From: Planctomycetota bacterium
GTDB lineage: Bacteria; Planctomycetota; GCA-002687715; DRQF01
Direction: 5' to 3'
DNA: 64,000 bases
Assembly: GCA_036479435.1 (NCBI GenBank)
Contig: JAZGFI010000103.1
Coordinates: 1-64,000, forward strand
Below, in pieces: positions 18,329 to 27,649 of the stretch. Each line of letters starts with the position of its first letter. Position 1 is the stretch's first letter. Below the pieces are notes generated by a model. The model did no database searches. It was not told the DNA's origin and saw only the letters and a list, made by a program, of their open reading frames with translations. A program made the translations under genes and the position numbers.

Positions 18329-20917
18329 TCAAGCTTCGGCGAGGGCGATGTTCAGAATCTTTTCTTCGTCGACTTCGTCGATTTGGGCGGGAGTCAAGTG
18401 TGACTTGCCGTACTCAAGATAGACCTTTTCGCGAACGAAGAGCTCAAAGAGCTCGGGGTCGATGTGACCTTCGACGGTCATGAAGGCCAAGATCTTTAGG
18501 GACTCAGCCAAGGTCTTGGCGGTCTTATAGGGACGGTCCGCTGCGGTCAGCGCTTCGAAGATGTCGGCGAGTCCGAGAATTCGACCTTGTAGAGTGATGT
18601 CGTGCTTGGAGAGCCCCATGGGATAGCCTTTGCCATCCATGCGTTCGTGGTGGGCCCCGGCGATCTCGGGCACGCGCTCTAGCCCCTTGGGGAAGGGCAA
18701 CTTCTCCAACATCTTGACGGTGGCCACGACATGGTAGTTGATGACTTCGCGCTCGGGAGCGGTTAGCGTGCCTTTGGCGATGGTGAGGTTTTCGATTTCC
18801 TCCGCCGAAAGGAAGGGAACTTTTTTGCCCGAGAGACCACGCCAGCTGTGCCGGTTCCCAATTTCAACGATGCGCTTTTGCTTTTCGGGTGGCATGTATT
18901 CTACGCCCGTGTTGCTGTTGCGGATGAATTCTAGATCCTCTTGCAGTTGGGCGTTGTCCGACTCCAAGGCCGCGTCGATCTGGTTGAGATCTCCGGCGGC
19001 GGGGTTTCCGGCGGCGACGGCCTTGCGCAGAAGGGCGATTTCTCGGTCGCGCTTCACTACCTCGACTCTGGTTTCAATGAGGCTGATACGATCGTAGAGA
19101 GTCTCTAACTTCGTGGCCTTGTCGACGACGTGAACGGGGGTGGTGACCTTGCCACAGTCGTGGAGGAGAGCTGCAACATGGAGTTCGTAGAGTTCCTCTT
19201 CGCTGAACTCGCAGTGGCGAAACAGGCCAAGATCGGACTTTGTAACGGCGTCCGCGATGAGCATCGTCAAGATGGGCACGCGCCGGCAATGGCCGCCGGT
19301 GTACTCTGACTTTTCATCGATAGCGACGGCCAAAAGCTCGATCAAAGAATCGAACATGTTCTTGAACTCTGCCACCAACTGGAGGTTGGTCATCGCGACA
19401 CCCGCCTGAGATGCCAACGATGTCGCCATCCGGATTTCTGAAGCTTCGAACTCTCGAGGTTCTCCAGCTTCGTCGTAGGCGTTGAGAAGCAGCATGGTGC
19501 CGATGAGGTCGCCGCGGTGGTCTCTCAGCGGCAAGCCGAGGACAGAGTGGACCGAGTATGAGTGGCGCTCTTCGAGCCAGGACATGTCCTGCCAGATACG
19601 GTGGTCTGGATCGTTCGGCCGAAAGGCAGTTAGTATCTCATCAACATGTTCATGGTGGACCCCCGTCCAAGGATCTGACCCATCGACGAAGATGTTGCGC
19701 GAGAACATAGCCAAGGATGCCAGTTCTAACTGACCTTCGCTGTCGGTGAGGTGAACCGCGCAACCGTCGCAATCAAACAGGGTGTCGACACCACGCACAA
19801 GGCCTTCGATGATCGTGGACGCTTTTCGCTCTTTTGAAAGAGAGAGCCCAATGCCCTCCAGGGTTCTCAGTTTTTGCCGATTTCGCCCCAGTGACGTCGC
19901 CATAGCGTTGAAGGATTGGCCGAGGTTTTCGAACTCGTCTTTGGAGTCGATTTGGACTCGCGTTTCCAGATCTCCGCCGCTCAGTTTTTTCGTCGCTTCG
20001 TCGAGCGCTTCGATTGGAATCATGATGCGGCGCACCTGAGAGCTGCATAACAAGGTCACCAAAGAAAGCGTGAGCAGGATCGTCTGGAGGAACCCGGTCT
20101 TAAAGGCCTCAAGGGGCGCCAAGATCTCATCTACCTTGCGGTGTTGAAAGACGTAAAGCGCTTTGCCGAAAGCTGGCTTGGTGTTGAGCATCCAGTACCG
20201 ATTCATGTACTCGGTATCTTCGAAAGTCAGGTTGAACTGCCCCTGAGAGTCATCGCCAATGGAGACGGCGTGGAACTCGGGACGTTTGGACAAGTCGGGA
20301 TTGGTGCCAAACAACAGCGTTCCGTCGCGCAGCGCCACTCCGATGTCCGCGCCGTGCCCGACCAGAGCTCCCTTTTCCCAAAGGTACTGGAATCGAGGAA
20401 GCACGACGATGATGAGATCCTCGCCGGCTCGACTGCGCAACCCGCGTGCGAGCAGCGTTCGCTTCAACGGACTCTTCATGTCTTCGGGGAGAATGAGGCA
20501 GTTGCCGTCTACAAGTTGTTTTCGCTCTTCTTCGGTGAGCGTGGGCACAACGAAACTATGGCCGCCCTCGACGACCAGGGACTCGTCATCCCAACGTATG
20601 ATCTTGATGCCATCGAATTTGCGATCAACGGTCTCCGGGAAGTTGCTTTCGACCTCTTGGCGAGTTTTTCCCAGGGTATCGACGGATGCGGCGAGGACCA
20701 CGAGAGACTCATCGAGAATGTAGAGGCGCTCTTGAATGATAATCGCCGCGCCTTTAGTGTCGGCGGCCATCCGTCGGCTGGCGTTTTCATTGAGATTCGA
20801 GTTGACGTGCGCCCACACGTAACCAGCAAAGCAAATCAGGGGAATCACGGAGCAGATCAAAAATAGCGCGAAGACTCGCCGAGCGACTCTAGTGGTGAGA
20901 AACTTCCCCGTTACCAT
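18329..20917 (-). CDS. Membrane-bound HD-GYP phosphodiesterase with periplasmic, HAMP and GAF domains
   Basis: Two TM segments, HAMP (DEFENLGQSFNAM), GAF (LGLPLRDHRGDLIG), YTGGHCRRV, LLHDCGK, HHERMDGKGYP, ADIFEALTAADRPYK. Confidence 0.92.
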   Translation of the reverse strand: MVTGKFLTTRVARRVFALFLICSVIPLICFAGYVWAHVNSNLNENASRRMAADTKGAAIIIQERLYILDESLVVLAASVDTLGKTRQEVESNFPETVDRKFDGIKIIRWDDESLVVEGGHSFVVPTLTEEERKQLVDGNCLILPEDMKSPLKRTLLARGLRSRAGEDLIIVVLPRFQYLWEKGALVGHGADIGVALRDGTLLFGTNPDLSKRPEFHAVSIGDDSQGQFNLTFEDTEYMNRYWMLNTKPAFGKALYVFQHRKVDEILAPLEAFKTGFLQTILLTLSLVTLLCSSQVRRIMIPIEALDEATKKLSGGDLETRVQIDSKDEFENLGQSFNAMATSLGRNRQKLRTLEGIGLSLSKERKASTIIEGLVRGVDTLFDCDGCAVHLTDSEGQLELASLAMFSRNIFVDGSDPWTGVHHEHVDEILTAFRPNDPDHRIWQDMSWLEERHSYSVHSVLGLPLRDHRGDLIGTMLLLNAYDEAGEPREFEASEIRMATSLASQAGVAMTNLQLVAEFKNMFDSLIELLAVAIDEKSEYTGGHCRRVPILTMLIADAVTKSDLGLFRHCEFSEEELYELHVAALLHDCGKVTTPVHVVDKATKLETLYDRISLIETRVEVVKRDREIALLRKAVAAGNPAAGDLNQIDAALESDNAQLQEDLEFIRNSNTGVEYMPPEKQKRIVEIGNRHSWRGLSGKKVPFLSAEEIENLTIAKGTLTAPEREVINYHVVATVKMLEKLPFPKGLERVPEIAGAHHERMDGKGYPMGLSKHDITLQGRILGLADIFEALTAADRPYKTAKTLAESLKILAFMTVEGHIDPELFELFVREKVYLEYGKSHLTPAQIDEVDEEKILNIALAEA

Positions 20918-21090
20918 GGCGGCAGGTCCTGTTTTGAAGGTCGAGGCCTCTGCACCGCATCAAGCTCGCCACAAAGGCAGAAGCTAGAGCGTAGCGTTGG
21001 GCTTGAGTTTGCTTTGAGAAAAGAACGAGCGAGAGAACGCGCTGGGACCGAGGCGAAACCACGGGTTTGCCAGTGAATTGTCCTCGGGCG

Positions 21091-21687
21091 TCACGCGACC
21101 GGTTCTAGCTCTTTGATGACGTTCTCGATGCGGCCACGAGTAGCCGAGTCGACATCGAGACTAATGGTCTTCAGCTCCGCTGCCGCGACCTGATTACGCT
21201 CATCAATCTCGACGCGAAGGTCGTCAACTAAATGAGCGACATCCTTGAAGAAGTCCTTTCGGCGCAAGCGGACCGGGCGGACTTTCTGCCCGGCGATGAG
21301 GCCATTCAGCGCGCCTTTGATGCGAACCATGGGGCCCGCAATACGGTGGCTGAGGGCAAGGCTCATCAAAGAGACGATGATGGCGCCGAGTCCAGCTGCC
21401 GGCCAGAACTTGCGGTCCAAGGCGAGGATCTGCCGCGCTTCTGGTGCCAAGGGATGGGTCGAGCGGTCCATCGCCAACGCGAGTGGGATGAACAAGGCGG
21501 CCGCGAGCGCGCAGATGAAGATAAGGTTCGAGAACAAGACGAGCCCGACCACAGAAAGCTGCAGCTTCACATCAACGATGTACTGGCGGCGCCGCCAGAA
21601 GCGCTGCCACGCTCCCATCGTGGGGATAGCGCTCTTGGGTCCTTGACTGGTACTGGTCGCGTTTACGCTCGGATTTGAATCCGACAT
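21091..21687 (-). CDS. Small two-TM protein with a HAMP-like C-terminus (RRQY.VD..LQ / SHRIAGP type)
   Basis: RRRQYIVDVKLQ, two hydrophobic helices, LSHRIAGPMVRI, LRRKDF. Confidence 0.7.
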   Translation of the reverse strand: MSDSNPSVNATSTSQGPKSAIPTMGAWQRFWRRRQYIVDVKLQLSVVGLVLFSNLIFICALAAALFIPLALAMDRSTHPLAPEARQILALDRKFWPAAGLGAIIVSLMSLALSHRIAGPMVRIKGALNGLIAGQKVRPVRLRRKDFFKDVAHLVDDLRVEIDERNQVAAAELKTISLDVDSATRGRIENVIKELEPVA

Positions 21688-21840
21688 TGAAATCCCCCTG
21701 GCCCTAAGTGCAGGCTCTATTCGATCTTCTCTTGATTTGGATCGACCGGGGGAGTGGGTTTTCTTGAATGATGGGCGCAATTAAACCCAAAAAGATGATC
21801 GCGGCAGCCTAGCTGGTCTCAGCGGGCGCCAATGCTGACC

Positions 21841-22425
21841 TCAATACTCGCTGGCCAAGCCGATGAACTGGCCGTTGTTGGCCCGAATGATGTCGTCTTG
21901 GCTTTCAGGTGAAGACAACAGGCGTGAGCTCTTGCCGTCTCGACCGAGGCTATAAAGGTCGTAGTCGGTGTTGAGTGGCCACAGGTTACGGTCTCTTTTT
22001 GCCTTGGGATTAATGCGGCTTCCGCCAATGGGTTCCATGTCGGAGCGGCCCAGCAGGGCAACATAGGTTGCCGTCAAAGGCCGTCGACCAAACAGACCCG
22101 TGACGCGTTGCTTGCCGGGAATGAGCCTTCCCTTGGAGTCCAAGCCTCCGTGTCGATCTTGGCCCCAGGGGTTTTGCCAATCCTGGCTCTCAAGTTCGCT
22201 TAGGGTCATGCCGTATCTCAGCGCCAATTCTCGAACCGTGTTCTCCTCCGTCTCGGCGGTGATGCGGTCGCGCTCATTTTGGGTGTCGAGTTCAATGGGG
22301 CGAATGAGCGGGATAAGAAAGACGGCAATAACGCCCGTGACCGTGACGTAGAACAACACACTCGCCAATGAGAACCCGAATTGGCGGCGCAGTCGTTGCG
22401 ACGGCGTCGTTAATTCAAAGGCCAT
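21841..22425 (-). CDS. GspG-like pseudopilin / type IV pilin-like protein
   Basis: RRQFG|FSL prepilin-like N-terminus with hydrophobic helix, NPWG, YDLYSLGRDG...DDII C-terminal motif. Confidence 0.75.
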   Translation of the reverse strand: MAFELTTPSQRLRRQFGFSLASVLFYVTVTGVIAVFLIPLIRPIELDTQNERDRITAETEENTVRELALRYGMTLSELESQDWQNPWGQDRHGGLDSKGRLIPGKQRVTGLFGRRPLTATYVALLGRSDMEPIGGSRINPKAKRDRNLWPLNTDYDLYSLGRDGKSSRLLSSPESQDDIIRANNGQFIGLASEY

Positions 22426-22546
22426 GCTGGTACCTTTCAGATAGCTCGATCCACTTCCTTCTGTGGCATTGTCGGCTGTAGTCCTAGCGAGCCTTAGGTC
22501 CGGATAACAATGCGCTGCATCTTCACCCGGCGCGGGCAAGTCAAAG

Positions 22547-23236
22547 CTAGCGATCCTGGTTTAAGAGCTGATCGTAGAGCGGGCGAATGCGTTGGGGTGA
22601 CACACCCAGGCAAAACAAGGTCATGGAAAGGGCATTGATGGTCGTGGTCTTGATCAGGCCATTGAGCTGCCAGCGTCGACTCGAAGTGTTGACCGTCGAC
22701 TGTAGGCAAACGATCTTGCCCCGAGTTTTCATGCGCTTCACGAAGTCGAGGTCTTCCATGATCGGCAAGTCGCGAAATCCACCTAACTCCCAAAAGACAT
22801 CGCGACGGCAAAAAAGCGCCTGATCGCCGTAGGGCAGACCGAACCATCTGGTTCTCAGATTCGCACCCCAGGCAACAAGGCCGAGACCTGCACCCGCCTC
22901 ACTGAGGCCGAGACGAAAAGACCCGCCGCGGACGTCGGGTTGATCGAAGCAGGTACGAAGGTCTTCGATGCCGCCATCGGGAATTTGTGTATCTGCGTGC
23001 AGGAACAAGAGCAGCTCGCCACGAGCCCTTGCCGCACCCGCGTTCATCTGTGCTGCTCGTCCGGCGCGACAAGCGAAAAAGGTCGCATCGTGCTGGCGAG
23101 CCAACTCCGCCGCGCTGGGCTCACCGTGGACGCCGACGACAAGGGTCTCGACCTCAACTTTTGCCAGACTCTTGAGGGTTTCGCCCAAGTGAGCGCTCTC
23201 GTTTCGAGTCGGTATGATGACCGACACTGTTCTCAT
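22547..23236 (-). CDS. Glycosyltransferase family 2 (TIGR04283-like)
   Basis: VSVIIPTRNE, GRAAQMNAGA, LFLHADT, LPYGDQALF, PIMED, TSSRRW. Confidence 0.88.
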   Translation of the reverse strand: MRTVSVIIPTRNESAHLGETLKSLAKVEVETLVVGVHGEPSAAELARQHDATFFACRAGRAAQMNAGAARARGELLLFLHADTQIPDGGIEDLRTCFDQPDVRGGSFRLGLSEAGAGLGLVAWGANLRTRWFGLPYGDQALFCRRDVFWELGGFRDLPIMEDLDFVKRMKTRGKIVCLQSTVNTSSRRWQLNGLIKTTTINALSMTLFCLGVSPQRIRPLYDQLLNQDR

Positions 23237-23329
23237 GAATCGAGCTCCTCCGCCGCGGTTGCGGACTATTGGGTGACGCGGACCGCGGCATCACGGCTCA
23301 CTCTATCGCATTTCGGTCGGGATTGGACC

Positions 23330-24772
23330 TTGTTGACAAGTATCCTCATCTTGGTGCACGGCGTCGTCGTCTTGTTGGTGGGGACGAGACTGGTGATGAG
23401 CCGTCGGCCCGTGGGAGCAACGCTGGCCTGGCTCTACCTTGTCGTGTTGATTCCAGTGATGGGTGCAGCTGCTTACTTGCTGATCGGTGAAAACCGTGTG
23501 GGCCAGCGTCGCCGCCGCAAGTTGCGAGAGAAAATCGGGCCCTACGAGAATTGGTACGCCGAGCTCTCGGATGCGCATCGCCCCGAATGGGGCTTAAAGG
23601 ATGCTCCCGCCGCACGCCTAGACCGGCTCGCCCGTGAGATGACCGGATTCCCTGCTTTGGCGGGCAATGATTTGGAATTGCTCAAAGACGGCCAGGTGGC
23701 CTTGCAGCGGCTTCGGGCCGATATCCAGGCTGCAAAGTCCACGATCTTTCTTGAGTTCTACATCTGGGAGTCCCATGGGCTTGTTCTTGAAATCGAACGC
23801 AACTTAGAGGCTGCGTCGCAACGGGGGGTGTGTTGCCACATCCTCGTGGATGGTGTCGGCAGCTCGGAATTTTTGTTGTCGCTCTCCGCAGAATCTTTGC
23901 GAAGAGCTGGCGTGCAGATCGTCGAGACGATGCCGATTGGGATCATGCGGAGCATCGTGGCGCGCCTCGACCATCGCAACCACCGAAAGATAGCGGTGAT
24001 CGATGGCCTGATTGCCTTTACCGGAAGTCTCAACATGGCAGATCCCGTCGTCCTCAGAAAAGACGAGGACGTCGGCGATTGGGTCGACTGCATGGTGAGG
24101 TTGAAAGGTCCCGTTGTTGACGAGCTAGCGTTGCTGTTTTTGAGTGACTGGGAACTTGAGACTGAAGAGGGATGCCTCGATGGCGCTTTGTCCCAGGATC
24201 TTGGACGGTCCAAGATTGCGGGGCACGCGAATGCCCTCGTCTTGCCTTCTGGTCCCGCGACCTCGCCGGACGCTATTCGCGACATGCTGCTCACCACGAT
24301 CTATTTGGCCCGAGATGAACTCGTCCTGACGACGCCTTACTTCATCCCCGGGGAGCCCCTTTTGGCCGCGATCAAGGCGGCGGCGCGTCGTGGGGTCTGT
24401 GTCAAAATCATCGTCCCGAAACAAAACGACTCTTTGTTTGTGAGGCTGGCAGCACCAGCCTACTTTGACGAGCTACTCGAAGCTGGCGTCGAGGTCTTTA
24501 TCTACGGCAGAGGACTTTTGCACTCCAAGACAATCTGCGTCGATCGCGAGTTCTCTGTGGTCGGTTCCGTCAATCTCGATCTTCGGAGTTTTCACCTCAA
24601 TTTCGAGGTGTCGCTCTTTGCCTTTGATGAGGCCTTCTCCAAAGACCTTAGGGAACTTCAGAACCAGTATTTGGCGGCGAGCGAAGGTCTTGATCTTAAA
24701 AGCTGGATGAAGCGATCATGGCTGCGACGGTTGGTGGAGAAAATCGCTCGACTCCTAAGCCCTTTGCTGTGA
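23330..24772 (+). CDS. cls: Cardiolipin synthase
   Basis: PLDc_N (ATLAWL..PVMG..YLLIGE), two HKD motifs (NHRKIAVIDG; LHSKTICVD), LTTPYFIP, SVNLDLRSFHLNFE; start approximate (TTG). Confidence 0.92.
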   Translation: MLTSILILVHGVVVLLVGTRLVMSRRPVGATLAWLYLVVLIPVMGAAAYLLIGENRVGQRRRRKLREKIGPYENWYAELSDAHRPEWGLKDAPAARLDRLAREMTGFPALAGNDLELLKDGQVALQRLRADIQAAKSTIFLEFYIWESHGLVLEIERNLEAASQRGVCCHILVDGVGSSEFLLSLSAESLRRAGVQIVETMPIGIMRSIVARLDHRNHRKIAVIDGLIAFTGSLNMADPVVLRKDEDVGDWVDCMVRLKGPVVDELALLFLSDWELETEEGCLDGALSQDLGRSKIAGHANALVLPSGPATSPDAIRDMLLTTIYLARDELVLTTPYFIPGEPLLAAIKAAARRGVCVKIIVPKQNDSLFVRLAAPAYFDELLEAGVEVFIYGRGLLHSKTICVDREFSVVGSVNLDLRSFHLNFEVSLFAFDEAFSKDLRELQNQYLAASEGLDLKSWMKRSWLRRLVEKIARLLSPLL

Positions 24773-24866
24773 AGGCCCAAGCCGACCTTTAGAAACTCAA
24801 GGTTCGCTCGTTCTTTGGAATTCAAACAACTGTTTGATATCTTGCTCTCGAGCGGAGATCGCCCCC

Positions 24867-26411
24867 ATGACCTTGTTGTTTCGAGTCCGACAGTTCTTCT
24901 ATGGTCCCTTGTGGCATACGAGGCCGAGATTAGGGGCCGGGGGCGGAGTTCTTGCGATCGCGTCTTTCCTAATCGTGCTGAACGTCGCGTGCCAAGTTCA
25001 CGAGCCCCGTCCCTTCGCCGATCCCCCGGTCGCAGCGTCAAATCACTGGCGGAATCTGAAAGAATCGGGCGAGGGTCGATTGGAGTCCTGGTGGAAGTCC
25101 TTTGACGATCCCACTCTTCACCGACTGGTGAAGGAGGCCTTTCGCGGCAACTTCGAGCTTGAACAAGCATGGGCTCGACTCGATCGCGCGCAAGCTGAAT
25201 GGCAGCGGGCCGGAGCGCCCAGCCTACCCTCCTTGGATCTTCAGAACTCTTTCAGTCTCAGCCGCTTCGTCGACGAAGACATCGGGTCGAGTGGCGGGGG
25301 TTTTCAGATCGAGCCCATCGACGAACGCAGCGCGGGATATTCGATCGGCCCGCGTGTGAACTGGGAGATAGATTTGTGGAAGCGAATCGAGAATAGCCAG
25401 GCTGCGGCCAACTACCGTTTTGACGCGACCGTCGACGACCTCCAAGCCACGGCCTTGTTGTTAACCGCCCAGATCGCTGATTCATGGTTTGTGTTTCGCG
25501 AGCAAAAAGCACTCCTGTCGCTACTTTTTGAGCAGCTTGATTCGAGTCGTGATCTTTTGGAACTGACCGAGCTCCGGTTCTCCTTGGGCCAAGGGACAGC
25601 GCTCGACGTGCTGCAGCAGCGCAGTCAAGTCGCCTCGGTGGAAGCGCAAGCACCCGCGGTGCGCCGCAATCGTGAGATCGCGCGCAACCGCCTCAGTGTG
25701 TTGTTGGGTCGAGCGCCGGTGGATCTCAATCTCGGCGCCGTCCCGGACGAGCGCATTCCCTTTGCGGGCTTGCCACAGTTTCCGAATATCGGAAGTCCAG
25801 CGGAGCTGATCAGACGCCGTCCCGACCTGCGAGCGGCGAGGTCTCGTCTTCGTGCCGCAGATCGGGAGATTGCAGTCGCCATAGCTGAGAAGTTGCCGCG
25901 ACTCGACTTTTCGATTTCTTATGCCTTCAGTGCTGCGCGTGGCTCGGGCTTGTTTGACCAAGAAGTGGGCAGTGTCCTCGCTTCCATCCTAACTCCGCTT
26001 TTTGACGGCGGCCGCCGCGATGCTGTCCTTAGACAACGCGAAGCGGAGGTCCGAGAGAGTTTGGCCCAGTACGCGCAATCCTACTTGCTGGCCCTCAGGG
26101 AGATCGAAGATGCTCTCGTTCGTGAGAACGAACAAAAGAACCGGCTCAAGATTTTAGACCGGCAACTAGACCTTGCGACAAAAAACCTCCGAGAAGCGCG
26201 GTCGAGATATCAAAACGGCCTGGTGGATTTCCTCAGTGTGCTGAACGCCGTGGGCTCACTGCAAACGCTACAACGTACTCAGATCAGTGAGCGCCGGGTC
26301 TTGTGGGGAGCGCGCAGCGAGCTCTATAGCGCGCTCGGTGGATTGGATTTGGAAGGCCTTGAGGCCCGTCCCCTGAGCCCAAGGCTCGGGGCGCAAATGG
26401 AGGACGAGTAA
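24867..26411 (+). CDS. RND efflux outer membrane lipoprotein (TolC/NodT family)
   Basis: Lipobox LNVAC, WWKSFDDPTL, WEIDLW, RRRPDLRAA, PLFDGGRR, LYSALGG. Confidence 0.92.
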   Translation: MTLLFRVRQFFYGPLWHTRPRLGAGGGVLAIASFLIVLNVACQVHEPRPFADPPVAASNHWRNLKESGEGRLESWWKSFDDPTLHRLVKEAFRGNFELEQAWARLDRAQAEWQRAGAPSLPSLDLQNSFSLSRFVDEDIGSSGGGFQIEPIDERSAGYSIGPRVNWEIDLWKRIENSQAAANYRFDATVDDLQATALLLTAQIADSWFVFREQKALLSLLFEQLDSSRDLLELTELRFSLGQGTALDVLQQRSQVASVEAQAPAVRRNREIARNRLSVLLGRAPVDLNLGAVPDERIPFAGLPQFPNIGSPAELIRRRPDLRAARSRLRAADREIAVAIAEKLPRLDFSISYAFSAARGSGLFDQEVGSVLASILTPLFDGGRRDAVLRQREAEVRESLAQYAQSYLLALREIEDALVRENEQKNRLKILDRQLDLATKNLREARSRYQNGLVDFLSVLNAVGSLQTLQRTQISERRVLWGARSELYSALGGLDLEGLEARPLSPRLGAQMEDE

Positions 26412-26413
26412 AC

Positions 26414-27649
26414 GTGAGTTTTCTGAGCATGATTGCCCCTGCGATCGGAGCCACGCTGCGATTCATTTTGCCGCTCGCGATCCTCGGTGCCGCGGCTTGG
26501 GCTGCCTTATACCTTTCGAAACAAAATCCCGACGTCAAAAGAAAACCCTCCGAGACCATCGCGACTTTGGTTCGGGTGGAAGTCGTGCAGCCTCAAGATG
26601 AGCGCATCATGATCCGAGCTTTTGGCACCGTCCGCCCTCATCGCCAAGCCACGCTGCAGGCCCAAGTCGGCGGAAGAATTGTGAAGCAACACCCAGAGCT
26701 CACGCTCGGTGGGATCATAGTTGCGGGCACGCCGCTGTTGGAGATCGACGAACGTGACTATCGCATTCGCATCTTGGAGAGAAAGACCGAACTCGCCCGC
26801 GCCGAAACCGAGCTGCAGTTGGAGCTGGGGCGTGCGCGAGTCGCACAACGCGAATGGAAGATGCTCGAAAAAAGCATTGTGAGCGACGGTGAAGGCCGTG
26901 AGCTGGCTCTCAGGAAACCTCAGCTTGCAGAAAAACGCTCCTTGATCGCAGGCATCAAGTCGCGGATCGAACAAGCCGAGTTAGACCTCAGCCGTACCGT
27001 CATTCTATCGCCGTTCAACTCCTTAGTGCTCGAAGAGTCAGTCGAAGTCGGCGAGCTGGTTCGTCGCCAAAGTTCGGTCGCTCGCCTTGCTTGCGTGGAT
27101 GATTTTCATGTCGACGTCAGTCTTCCGCTGCGTGACCTCGAGCTAATCGCAAAACTAACGCGAACGGGTAAGACCGTCTCGGTTCGAGTTCGACAAGAAC
27201 TCAGCCCCGGCCGAGCGGTCTACTTCGACGGTGTTGTTGAGCGCTTGCTGGGTGCTTTGGTGGCCGAGAGCCGAATGGCGCGAGTCTTAGTTCGCGTTGA
27301 GGACCCACTTCGTATCGAGTCCAAAGATCCGGCCGCGCTGCCGTTGTTGCTGGGAAGCTACGTCGAAGTCGAGATCAAAGGCCCGGTGCTCAAAAGTGTT
27401 TTCGTCCTGCCGCGTTCCCAACTACGCCAAGGCGACAAAGTGTGGGTCATGACCGCAGGTTCACGTTTGACCATCCGCGACGTTGAGATCGTGGACCGGC
27501 AAGATGACCGAGTGCTGATATCTGGAGGCCTTGAGGCGGGAGACAGGGTTGTCGCTAACTCTTTGCCGCTCGCGGTCGAAGGTATGAAGATCAAGGTTGA
27601 GTCGGACGAGAATGCTGAAGCGGTGTCAGCTTCCGAGAACTCCCAATGA
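26414..27649 (+). CDS. RND efflux periplasmic adaptor (membrane fusion protein)
   Basis: FGTVRP, QVGGRIV, LSRTVILSPF, GLEAGDRVV; lies between the OMF and RND genes. Confidence 0.9.
   Translation: MSFLSMIAPAIGATLRFILPLAILGAAAWAALYLSKQNPDVKRKPSETIATLVRVEVVQPQDERIMIRAFGTVRPHRQATLQAQVGGRIVKQHPELTLGGIIVAGTPLLEIDERDYRIRILERKTELARAETELQLELGRARVAQREWKMLEKSIVSDGEGRELALRKPQLAEKRSLIAGIKSRIEQAELDLSRTVILSPFNSLVLEESVEVGELVRRQSSVARLACVDDFHVDVSLPLRDLELIAKLTRTGKTVSVRVRQELSPGRAVYFDGVVERLLGALVAESRMARVLVRVEDPLRIESKDPAALPLLLGSYVEVEIKGPVLKSVFVLPRSQLRQGDKVWVMTAGSRLTIRDVEIVDRQDDRVLISGGLEAGDRVVANSLPLAVEGMKIKVESDENAEAVSASENSQ

Noticed and set aside
20957..20971. sigma54-like TGGCGAGCTTGATGC upstream of the HD-GYP gene
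   Set aside because: The GG-N10-GC spacing is right, but several consensus mismatches make it too weak to call without TSS data
22940..23329. N-terminal extension of cardiolipin synthase
   Set aside because: It overlaps the divergent GT2 gene; cls-like sequence begins near 23320-23330
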